DNA from: Rhina ancylostomus
Lineage: Eukaryota
Reading direction: 5' to 3'
Assembly: GCA_030265395.1 (NCBI GenBank)
Contig: JARFYF010000007.1
Span: forward strand, 22,284,386-22,348,385
Length of the DNA stretch: 64,000 nucleotides
This document shows positions 63,862-64,000 of the stretch, piece by piece. The position numbers and the translations under genes were made by a program. The number at the start of each line of letters is the position of its first letter. Within the stretch, counting starts at the first letter, position 1. Under the pieces are notes generated by a model. It was not told where the DNA came from and searched no databases. It worked only from the letters and a program-made list of their open reading frames with translations.

Positions 63862-64000
63862 GCAGATATTAAATCAGGTGATTGACCAAGTGATTAATTT
63901 GAAGTGCATCTAGCCAAATTGAAAGTGAGCCTACGCTTATTTGCTGACAAAGCATAACATGGTGAATTATAGAATGACATAGCACAAAAGTACACTATTC

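Overview
AT-rich vertebrate genomic DNA from a gapped assembly. The repeat content (V-SINEs, a Deu-domain SINE, CR1, Penelope) points to a cartilaginous fish; this is inferred, not shown. The window holds three minus-strand coding exons of neurobeachin (nbea, PH-domain region before BEACH) at 55954-56090, 3991-4108 and 3725-3827. Inside the ~51.8 kb intron between the first two lies the intact single-exon-CDS gene mab21l1 on the plus strand (51282-52361), the known Mab21/Nbea-Lrba nested pair. Bases 1 to ~47 kb are CpG-poor and full of decayed transposons (CR1, L2, RTE, Penelope, Harbinger, several SINE families) separated by unique blocks that may be enhancers. From ~49 to ~63 kb the DNA is AT-rich but keeps its CpGs, and it is nearly repeat-free. 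I found no clearly new multi-gene system. The best leads are a probable UUG-initiated N-terminal extension of Mab21l1, a head-to-head promoter that could drive a short nbea isoform (with an unexplained MGCCGC-starting ORF beside it), and hammerhead-ribozyme cores in Penelope termini. Family assignments and human comparisons come from recalled motifs, not database searches, and repeat boundaries are approximate.
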